Part shown: positions 36,701 to 48,700 of the stretch, in pieces
How positions within the stretch are numbered: the stretch's first letter is position 1
How the letters are laid out: each line of letters starts with the position of its first letter
DNA from: Nemertoderma westbladi
Lineage: Eukaryota > Animalia > Xenacoelomorpha
DNA: 64,000 nucleotides
Reading direction: 5' to 3'
NCBI GenBank assembly: GCA_032718475.1
Contig: JAUCBJ010001839.1
Span: 1 to 64,000, forward strand
Position numbers and translations under genes: made by a program
Notes under the pieces: generated by a model
The model's database searches: none
Told to the model about the DNA's origin: nothing
Seen by the model: the letters and a program-made list of their open reading frames with translations, nothing else

Positions 36701-39700
36701 TGGGAGTCATCAACCAAGTGGGAACAGAGACTCCGAAGGTAGACCTCCGATTATAATTGAACAGTCTCTCGTGCGGTGTGAGGTTTGTTGCTGTTGAGAG
36801 CAGAGATCGGATCGAATGCAGAGCATCAGGGATAACCTCCTGCTAAGCTTGTTGCGGTAAGCCCTTAGTTTTAAGATTGAGTGTGACTGCTCTCCAAATG
36901 GTATCATTAAACTTCTCAATCTGTCTGTTCCCCTGGGGGTTATAACTAGTAGTTTTACTGGTGGCAATACCTTTGCTAAGAAGAAACTGACGAGTTTCTT
37001 TACTGATGAAAGAACTTCCCCTATCATTATGAATAAATCCCGGCATTCCAAATATGGAAAACAACTGACAAAAACAATTATTAATTGTTACAGAAGTCAT
37101 ATCTGGACATGGAAATGCAAACGGAAATCGACTGTACTCATCTACAATCGTAAGCAAATATCGGTTCTTGTTATTGGTCGGCAGTGGGCCTTTAAAATCA
37201 ACATTAAGCCGCTCAAAGGCTTGAGTAGATTTAATAATTAAATGAGCGGGTTCAGGTTTATGAAATCGTGGCTTGCACTCAGCACATATCCTGCATGTAC
37301 TAGTCATCCGTTTCACATCATCTAATGAATAGGGTAGATTTCGAGATTTAACAAAATGGTACATCCGAATGACACCGGGATGACTCAAGGATTGATGTAA
37401 GTTAAGCAATGTGCTATCATTCAGAGAAGCTGAATAATGGACTCGAGAAAAAGTATCAGGTGGAACATTTTCGCGCCCAGGCTTATGAACAATATCGAAG
37501 TTATAGCAGGAAAGTTCCATTCGCCATCTCATCAGTTTATCATTTTTAATCTTTCCCTTATGATTAATATCAAATACATAACATAAAGCAACTGATACTT
37601 GGTCGGTTCATAGGGTGAAATGCTTAGAAGTAAGGTAGTGTCTCCAGTGGCGAACGGTCTCTATAATAGCCTGAGTTTCTTTTTCAACTGTGGAATGCTG
37701 AGTCTCAGATCCATGAAGTGTACGTGAAAAGAACGCTACAGGTCGACCCAACTGGTTAAGTGTGGCAGCAATAGCGAAATCAGAGGCATCAGTTTCAACT
37801 TCAAACTTAGAGGATTCGTCTGTCAATCCAACAACAGAATTAGCAATAATATCCTTGAGAACATTGAATGCCTCCAGAGCTTTTCGGGAGTATGGAAACT
37901 GTAACTTTAACCAATGGTCGAAGTTTATCGGAAAAACTTGGTATCCACTGAGCATAATATGAAAATAACCCAAGGACTCGCTTGTGAGCTTTCATGTCTG
38001 TTGGAGGAGGTAGCTCACGTAGAGGACGGAGACGCTCTGGATCCGGGATCCTTTTACCGTTTTCTACAACTGACCCTAAGATACTGAGACATGTCGTGGA
38101 GAAGACACATTTCCTCTGATTCAGAGTGATATTGCGACTAGCTACTGCTTCAAAAAACCGTTTCAGTTTCTTATCATGGTCTGCTTGATCAATTCCACAT
38201 ATGGTAATATCGTCCAGATAACAAATGTACCATCCAAGTTCTCTTCGCAAATTATATCGTCAATTATGCATTGAAAGCAGCTGACTCCATTAGTTACACC
38301 GTAGGGAATGCGGGTAAACTGGCAAAGTCCCCCACTGGCTTCAAATGCCGTGAAAGGTTTATCATCTTCACAAATTCGGATTTGGTGGTAAGCACTCTTT
38401 AAATCTATTGTACTAAAGACTCTGTACTGAGCAATATTATTCACAGTTTCGTTGATTCGAGGTAATGGGTATCCATCCAGTAGTGTAAATTTATTTATTG
38501 TTTGAGAGTAGTCAATGACCATTCTCTTCTTATGGTTCTCATTCTTCACAACCACAACCTGAGCTCTCCATGGAGAGTTGCTACGTTCTATAACCCCTTC
38601 AGACAACAGGCAGTGAACTTCTTCATCTATGAATTTGTGGTCATCTGTGCTGTATCGGCGTGAAGGAGAAGCAATTGGATGACAATCAGTTGACATATTA
38701 CTAAACAAATCTGGAGGTGACACATCCAAACTACAAAGGTTACAAACCAGATCCAATGGAGAATCCGGTCCACCATAATTTAGAGTAATCCGCTGGTGTT
38801 TCGATTGGAAATCAACACCAAGAACTAAATCTGTACAGAGGGATGGCAATAACATGAGCCTGATATTCTTGTACCAACGCTCACCTAACAGAAAAGAAAC
38901 ACGACAGTGACCGTTGACTGGAACAGATTTAGAAGAATCCGCCATTCGAACCTCACCGCTGTGTGGATAGATCCTAAGATTATACTGTTTAGCAACATCA
39001 GGGTGAACAAAACTTTCTGAGCTACCGCTATCGATAAAGAGCATTCTTAATTATACCTTTAATTTTTACATCTACTGTTGTCCGAGACAAGGATCCGGGC
39101 GGTGCGGCGGCGGGGACAGTAGAAGCGAGATATGGCCCATTGCTACTCGATGGGTCCTCATTAATACCGATGGCTGCAGCTGAAATGGAAGAGCTATTCC
39201 CCCTTGAAGCTGACCTACAGACTCGAGCGAAATGTCCAGGCTTGGTACATTTGTGACATGTTGCACTTCTAGCAGGACAATGATTTCTCGGATGTCTCCC
39301 ATTACCACAAAATGAACCATTTATTATTATTCTGCAAACTGGAAACTCCCACTCCGGAAGAACTTCCTCCCCCTGAACTTCCACCTCCAGAACTTCCTCC
39401 TCCCGAACTTCCTTTTCCTGCTCCTGCCGAATTAAGTGAACTCGATGACCATGGAGGTGGACCTGTCGTTGCGGTAACCATGGTCTCAGGAAGGTCGACT
39501 GTGTTATAAGCTTGGGAACTGGTGTGGGCATTTTCCAAAGAACGAGCCTGTTCATACGTTGTAGCTAGATCGATTGTTTTATTTTCCAACAGCCACTGTC
39601 GTATCGTGGAAGACCATAACCCTGCAATAAAAGCGTCTCGAATAGCTGCATCTCGGTTCTCAGTAGCTGACACTGCCTGGTGGTTACAGTCCTTACTTAA

Positions 39701-42700
39701 AACCTTTAAACTCTGCAAGAACTGATCCAGGGATTTGCTCAGTTGTTGGCGACGAATGGCGAGCACGTGGCATGCATACACTTCATTGGTAGGCTTAATA
39801 TAGAGATTGTCTAACGTATTAATCGCCGCGTCGTAGCTGTCATGTTCTTCGAAATATTCAAAGACTTTAGGCGACAAATAAACCATAAGAGTTTCTAACT
39901 TCTGGCGACGATCCTCCGGGATACTATCGAGGAAGTTTTCGAAAGTTTTCTTCCAGTGCCCATACTCTTTATACGCGCCCGGTGTATCCGGTTCTGTGTC
40001 GAAGCGTTCAGGCTTTAAAAGTTTATCCATAATGCAGTAAACATTAAAATTATAGTTTATTAAATTGAAGTGTAGTAACACTGAACAGTCAGGCCTTAAC
40101 TAAGACTTTAATAAACTATAAGAACTGCACTACATACAGACTGGCGTACCGGTAGAATACAAGGTATATGAAGCACTAACATATCATACACATCATGGGG
40201 CGAGCCACGAAGTGAGCGAAGCCTTAGTATATGGGCACCATTAACGAGTTGTCTGTCGTCGTCGTCGTCGTCTGTCGTAAATTTTTGATCGCTAATAACT
40301 CGGTTATTCCTTGACGAAATTAAACGAAACTTGGTATATATGTAGTCGTCAAAAGTTTAGAAAGAATCTGAAGTTTTGTCAAAAACGAACGAACGCAACG
40401 AGGCACAAGACCAGGATGAGTATTGTGTTGAAGACTTCTGACTAACGGCAGACAACTCGTTAATAGTACCCATATGCTAAAGGCTTTGCTCACTTCGTGC
40501 TGCGCGAAGACCCCACGAACGTGTGATGATTGTGTCCATTGTTCACATTAACCATCTGTACGACAATCCCAGATATGTGAGAGGATAATACGTAGTGTAA
40601 ATTGTGATTAAGTAGCGTAAAAGTGCAAAATATGATGTATGGAAATGAATAGAGATATTATATGATTGTTACAGTCAAGGTGATATCATTATTAAACGAT
40701 TTCAATGTGCTACTGATGTACACAAAACAAATATGAAATTAGTTATGATATAGTGAAATATTGGAATGCAGGCATTTAGACTATTAAAATTGTTTAAATA
40801 AAACGGGAGTGAACCTGAGCAAATAAATAAATATACACCGTGATGCTGTTGTTATACACGTACCATCACAATTAACTCCGTCTCCAGAATAACCGGTGTG
40901 ACAATTACAAGTAAATCCACCATCGTTATTGTTGCAGTCAGCGTTGGTATCGCAGTTATGGGTTCCGTCACTGCATTCATCATCGTCTGAAACAGAAATA
41001 TAAATTCATCAAAATATTACTCTGCATGAGAGATAGAATACACGTTCGTGGGGCCTTCGCGCAGCACGAGGCCCAGTTATGAGATACAAATTAAAATTGA
41101 GCGACTGTATCACAAACTTGGTAGCACAAACTTATTTCCAATCGCACGTTCAATATGCGAAGCCATGTGGTTTATAGGAATATAATAAACGCAGTACTCG
41201 TCTTCATTATACAGTTATAAGCCTCGTTGAGTTCATCCTGTTTTGTATTTAAATATATTTCTTAAACGCAGGCTGACGATCTTTATAATAATAATAACAA
41301 GGGATGCGTTCAATATGTGAAGCCAGGTGGTTTATATAATAATAATAGTCAACGCAGTACTCGTCTTTTTGTATATAAATATCTTTCCTAAACGAAGACT
41401 GACGATCTTTATAATGCGTTCAATAGGCAAAGCCAGGTATGGTTTTGGTTTATAGGAATATAGTCTACGCAGCACTCATCCCTCATTAGCCCGAGTTATA
41501 GTGTGGCAATGTAGATGCAGTAGTTGCACCCGACCAGCCGGAAACTTGGAGCAATAGGCCTACTGCTTGTACAATGCGTGTCAATTTCAACACCGCCGGG
41601 CACTGGGTGATGGCAGAGTGAGATAAAAAAAACTGGATTATTTCATCCTCGGTTACGGTTAGTCCAGTTTGCCCGTAGCGGCAGCGATACCGAAAGTCGA
41701 GGTCAACAGACAGAGGCGGCCTTGGTGGTGAGTTGTTTGATTTCAATTCCAACACTTTTCTGGGCAGCTGGGTAGGCTCTGGTAGTGGGTACCTGATCTT
41801 AGAATGCCGGTCAGCTGGTTAGTCCGCATAACTTCCATTGTTGCAGTTGCCGAGTCGATGGATGGTTGGTAGGGGTAGGCCTATTGCAGCATTGCTATTG
41901 TTGTATTGGCAGATTGGTATGTACATCTACATCTGATTATACCAGTTGCCAGTGCCGTCGGTCGTACCAATACATAGGCCTAGTCTTTAATTAACATATT
42001 TAACCGTTAACAAGAGTAGAAACCGCAAATGAAGAAATTCATTTTCTTCCGTCGCTGACAGGAGCGTAGAAATGCGGTATAGTGCTGTCGTAGTTCAGTA
42101 CCGGTACTGTACCGGTAGTTCTGTAGTTGGCAGTTGCTACCAGTCCGGTTACAGTCTGACAGTAGTAGGGCGGTACGGCGCCAACGGACCCACTAATATA
42201 ATTCAGGACCGCAGTCCAGCACTCCGGAGTCCGCACTGCAGTGCATAGCATAGCATGGATAATTAGGGCCTACAGAATTAGGCCTGTCCTGTACCAGTAT
42301 ACGTGATCTATAATCACTGCACCGGTACCGCGGTACTAGTCAGCCAGTACCGTAAAATACCGAATACAGTATGGTATCGCAGTATTGCTGTATTGTCTTA
42401 TTGCAGGATTCCTGATTCAGTTATCCTGAGTTTCCTGAGTACATTGACTGATTGAGTATAGCATATATAGTACCGGTACAGGCAATCAGGCCACAATGGT
42501 ATTACTACAGTACTGTAATTTCGTAATTTGCTAGAAACCCAGCTGATTTAGTCTCCTAGCAACCTGATGTCAAGCGTTATAATTTTGGATAAATAAATTT
42601 ATTATAACTGTAAGACAGTTACACTGGTGATGCACGAAGGCCCCAAGCAAATTCAACTTGGAAAATTTCTAAACTTTTGACAGACTATTTGTGTACCAAG

Positions 42701-45700
42701 TTTGGTTACATTTCATTGAGGATTGATCGAGTTATTAACGTTCAAAATTGAACACCGCAAAAAAAGCGACAGAACGACAGGTTGATTAATGGTACCCCTA
42801 CGCTAAGACTCACTCACTTCGTGGCTCGCCCCACATTACAATTATAACAACTTAGAATTATTATAAAATAGATAACAATCTCACCATCACAGTTTACTCC
42901 GTCGCCATGGTATCCGTTATTACAGTTACATTCGAAGCTTCCTACAGTGTTGGTACAGGTCGCATCGTCATCGCAGTTATGGGAACCATCGGTACATTCA
43001 TTGTCATCTGTAAACAATTGAGTAGATAGTTAGGGGGTAAATCGGACTTCCTATTAAAACATCAGCCACCAGGATGTTGTTACATGGTGATGTTGTTATA
43101 ACATCTTCATTAAAAGTTTGCTCCTTCTAAATCCTATAGCCTATGCAGCCTTACAACGATCTGCAGCCGTATTTACGAAAGGTAAATAAGTGGGTAACAC
43201 CTACTTTTAGTTTTGTGAATATCATTAGGTATATACCACGTGTTTACTGGCAATCATGTCCAGTAATTACCGAGTAAACACCTCTATCAAAGACCTATGT
43301 TATTGCTTTTCGTGAATACGGCTTTGAACGAGTTGTTTGCCAGTAGGTAATACCCAGCTGGTAACTACCTAGCTGGGTAATACCTACTTTCCTGAATACG
43401 GCTTCAGATGTCATTACTCATGTTCTAGAATGATAGCTACAGTAATAGCGTAATATGTTTCCCAAGTTGGTATTACTGTAATTGTATTTTATTCCCCCAC
43501 CCTAGTACTACTGATGAAACCTAAAACGCCGTTGATGGCGGTATATCAACACTATTTTCTTGCAATTCTAGGGGACTTCAATCAATCACCTCTTTGCTTC
43601 TCAGCTAAAGTACGCCTTTGGGGTAAATCAACCATGTCATATGAAGTTATATATATTTTTCAATATTCCATTGTTGCTAATAAACTGTTGGCACACAATT
43701 TCAGACGAAATCTAGGATCAAATCTATATCCACACAAACTACAATATTCATACATCGCAGATAGATTTTCTATTTCACTTTCTATTTCGGAAGAAATATA
43801 AGAACCATAACAACTGTGACATCCAATGGTTCACCGTGTGGCGCTATTATTATGCAGGGACAACTTAATATCTTTCATTTTGGGGATTACCAACTTCTTA
43901 TATTTCTAATGTGCTGATGTTATGCTCATTCGAACCCCAATTATCTATTTTGTTGTCATCAAAGTATAATGATAAGTTCTCGAGATTTTCCATAAAAGGT
44001 GTGTAGACATGCTCGAAACCCCAACTCCTACATCAATCCCATAACCAAAAGCAATATCCTAAGGTATTATTTACATCGATCTTACTAAATCAGGAATGGG
44101 TCCATTCGAATCGCAATGGTCGATTTAGTGTGTGTATATTAATTATAGACACCGTTAAAACAATAAGAGCGCATACATTTATTAATTTATACGCGTCCAA
44201 AACAGGTGTAATAGCTCCGATGATACATTCTACATTGATTTATAATCTTCACCTACCTCCACATCTGTGTGGATTGGTTGTTGGTGAGTATCCTGGTCTA
44301 CAATCACATTCGTAGCTTCCTGGTGTGTTTCTACATTCAGTAGTCGCGTCATCACAAGCGTCAGTACCATCGGAACATTCGTCTATATCTGTGAACAGAT
44401 ACGTTTAAATACAATGTAAGAGACTAATAAGTTATTTAATATGGAAATAAGGTGGAATTTGCACATCAATTTTCCGTGACGCTGTTGTTATACACGCACC
44501 GTCACAATTAACTCCGTCTCCAGAATAACCGGTGTGACAGTTACAAGTGAATCCACCATCGTTATTGTTGCAGTCAGCGTTGGTATCGCAGTTGTGTGTT
44601 CCGTCGCTACATTCATCATCGTCTGAAACAGAAATATAAATTCATCAGTTCATATATTATTTATTTTTTTTATTTTTCTTTCTTTTTTTTTTTTTATTAT
44701 TTATTTATTATATTATCATATCAATTCATATAAATATTATTCTGCATGAGAGATAGAATACATTACAATTATAACAATTTACAATTATTATAAAATACAT
44801 AACAATCTCACCATCACAGTTTACTCCGTCGCCATGGTATCCGTTATTACAGTTACATTCGAAGCTTCCTGGAGTGTTGGTACAGGTCGCATCGTCATCG
44901 CAGTTATGGGAACCATCGGTACATTCATCGTCATCTGTAAACAATTCAGTAGATAGTTAGTCGTGTACGGTACTGTGTTCCAATAGTTGCGAATTTTTGT
45001 TCAACTAGTTGCGCACTTTTTTCCAATAGTTGCGAACTTTGTTCCAATATTTGCGAACTTTTGTTCCAATAGTTGCGAACTTTGGTCCAATAGTTGCGAA
45101 CTTTGGTCCAATAGTTGCGAACTTTGGTCCAATAGTTGCGAACTTTTTTCCCATAGTTGCGAACCTTGTTCCAATATTTGCGAACTTTGTTCCAATAGTT
45201 GCGAACTTTGTTCCAATAGTTGCAACTTTGTTCCAATAGTTGCGAACTTTGTTCCAATATTTGCGAACTTTGTTCCAATAGTTGGGAGCCTTTTTCCAAT
45301 AGTTGCGAACTTTGTTCCAATATTTGCGAACTTTGTTCCAATAGTTGTGAACTTTGTTTCAATAGTTGCGAACTTTGTTCCAATAGTTGCGAACTTTGTT
45401 CCAATAGTTGCAACTTTGTTCCAATAGTTGCGAACTTTGTTCCAATATTTGCGAACTTTGTTCCAATAGTTGGGAGCCTTTTTCCAATAGTTGCGAACTT
45501 TGTTCCAATATTTGCGAACTTTGTTCCAATAGTTGTGAACTTTGTTCCAATAGTTGCGAACTTTGTTCCAATAGTTGCGAACTTTGTTCCAATATTTGCG
45601 AACTTTGTTCCAATAGTTGTGAACTTTGTTTCAATAGTTGCGAACTTTGTTAACGTAGTTGCGAACTTTGTTCCAATATTTGCGAACTTTGTTCCAATAT

Positions 45701-48700
45701 TTGCGAACTTTGTTCCAATAGTTGGGAGCCTTTTTCCAATAGTTGCGAACTTTGTTCCAATATTTGCGAACTTTGTTCCAATAGTTGCGAACTTTGTTCC
45801 AATAGTTGCAACTTTGTTCCAATAGTTGCGAACTTTGTTCCAATATTTGCGAACTTTGTTCCAATAGTTGGGAGCCTTTTTCCAATAGTTGCGAACTTTG
45901 TTCCAATATTTGCGAACTTTGTTCCAATAGTTGTGAACTTTTTCCAATAGTTGCGAACTTTGTTCCAATAGTTGCGAACTTTGTTCCAATATTTGCGAAC
46001 TTTGTTCCAATAGTTGTGAACTTTGTTTCAATAGTTGCGAACTTTGTTAACGTAGTTGCGAACTTTGTTCCAATATTTGCGAACTTTGTTCCAATATTTG
46101 CGAACTTTGTTCCAATAGTTGGGAGCCTTTTTCCAATAGTTGCGAACTTTGTTCCAATATTTGCGAACTTTGTTCCAATAGTTGTGAACTTTTTCCAATA
46201 GTTGCGAACTTTGTTCCAATAGTTGTGAACTTTGTTCCAATAGTTGCGAACTTTGTTCCAATAGTTGCGAACTTTGTTCCAATATTTGCGAACTTTGTTC
46301 CAATAGTTGTGAACTTTGTTTCAATAGTTGCGAACTTTGTTAACGTAGTTGCGAACTTTGTTCCAATATTTGCGAACTTTGTTCCAATATTTGCGAACTT
46401 TGTTCCAATAGTTGGGAGCCTTTTTCCAATAGTTGCGAACTTTGTTCCAATATTTGCGAACTTTGTTCCAATAGTTGCGAACTTTGTTCCAATAGTTGCA
46501 ACTTTGTTCCAATAGTTGCGAACTTTGTTCCAATATTTGCGAACTTTGTTCCAATAGTGGGGAGCCTTTTTCAAATAGTTGCGAACTTTGTTCCAATATT
46601 TGCGAACTTTGTTCCAATAGTTGTGAACTTTTTCCAATAGTTGCGAACTTTGTTCCAATAGTTGCGAACTTTGTTCCAATATTTGCGAACTTTGTTCCAA
46701 TAGTTGTGAACTTTGTTTCAATAGTTGCGAACTTTGTTAACGTAGTTGCGAACTTTGTTCCAATATTTGCGAACTTTGTTCCAATATTTGCGAACTTTGT
46801 TCCAATAGTTGGGAGCCTTTTTCCAATAGTTGCGAACTTTGTTCCAATATTTGCGAACTTTGTTCCAATAGTTGCGAACTTTGTTAATGTAGTTGCGAAC
46901 TTTGTTCATGTAGTTGTGAACTTTGTTGGAAAGACCCCCAAACCCCAACCTGGTTTTCGAATGAGCATCATATCGACATAATAACAACATAATACGATTA
47001 GGAATTGAATCTAATATATACAAACTATTTCCTTCAGTGGTGTAGTCGGCACTTTAGAATACAGTGCGATGTGAGACGCACGAGGCGAGATCCGAGACGT
47101 ATAGTGTAGATGGCCTAATAAGGGTGATGATGGATGATGCTCTTTATAAGAGAATAGAGAAGTTTTGTCCTTATAACCTTATCATTCCTTTATCACACAG
47201 ATGAAGTCTGAAAGCACCTCTTTGGAAATTGCTACACTCTGCCGGCATCTTTACTAATGAAGAAAAGACATCCACTATGTTGATTACTGGTCAGTCTGCT
47301 TAACTGGCCAATTAGCACAGATGTGTTTCTTCTAAAAGTACCGAACTACTTCCTGATGCCCAACACTTTATTATTATCTGTTTATTTATTTCAATTGCGC
47401 CTCTCGGCATAAAATAATGTACTGAACTAATGTAAAATAAATAAATACGATTAATGTATGTAAAATGTATTTAGTAGTAATTTAAAATATGATAAATTAG
47501 TTTGGGACTAGTGTAAAATTGGAGTGAGTTTAATATTGGGTCGCATCAATCAGTCGAAGCTGTCGAGAAAACTCAGACCATGAGGTTTTATTATTTATTT
47601 ATTTATTAACGTAAAACCAGTTAGACTGGCGCGATGTCAAGTTAAAATGGGTATGTCCCCTAAATGCATCAAAAGTAAAATATTCCTGACATTAAATAAA
47701 TCAACCCACATATGCTTATTCACATTATAAAGGCTGGGTCTAACAGAGATGAAAGATAATTATTGAGATCGCATTATAAGACACTATTGCATATATTGAA
47801 TAGCAGGACTGGTTGGTCATGTAACGTTGAAGTACTGCCGAATACGACATATGCTTTTCCGTGAAGGAAATTGATGGCGTTCTGTAACAGTTTGTTATAA
47901 AACAGGACGACGCAGTATCGGACGCAGTAGGTTTTTTTCTCTAGCGGTAGGACTGTATATTAAATTAAGCTTAACAGGGTCACATTATGACAATTGACAA
48001 TAACAATAACAATTCGGACAGATAAGGCCCTATATCCAGCTTAGTTATTATATCAGATTAGAGTTGCTAGGAGTGACAGTTGTAAATATATGGTAAACAA
48101 TAAACTTTATAAAATAAAAATATACTAGACCGACGGGCGCGCTGACTCACAACCCAAGCCACAAAATAGAAGGCACATCAATAAACATAAAATAAAATAA
48201 TAATAATAATAATATAATGTAGCAACATACAGTGAAATTTAATTTACATTACCAAATGAGTCTATTTAATTAGCTAACAAAGACAGTTGAAGGGAAAAGG
48301 TATATATGCAAGCATAGTAAGTGAATATTTTGGGCTAAAGTTTTTGTTTTATTATGAAAGTAACCGAAAACGCTGAGTGGAGACAATAAAGGTGTTTAGA
48401 AGGGAGAAATATTTGTTGTAATCGGTCGCAGATATACCTTGTCCCTCGAGTAGGTTTGCACCGATCCAATCTATATACCATGTTCTTTTTATGATATTTG
48501 GAGGTATGTAGAGACATCAGGGACGGAAAAGGAAAGTCACGATTAGCCCGACTGTATGGACTACCGATTCCCTTATACTCAATGATATCCTTATTAAACT
48601 CAAGCAATGTATGGAGAATATTGTGCAGTGGGGAGTTGGGACAGTCATTTATACGCATAATTGTGCCGAGAGCTAGTTTCAAAGCTTCGAGAAAGAATTG

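Larger units (their letters stand above)
36004..40195 (-). mobile_element. Two-LTR Ty3/gypsy retrotransposon, coding region disrupted
   Basis: LTRs 36004-36141 and 40066-40195; 5-bp TSD tgggg (35999-36003, 40196-40200); order gag(CCHC)-PR(IDSGS)-RT(YLDD)-RH(TDAS)-IN. Confidence 0.93.
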
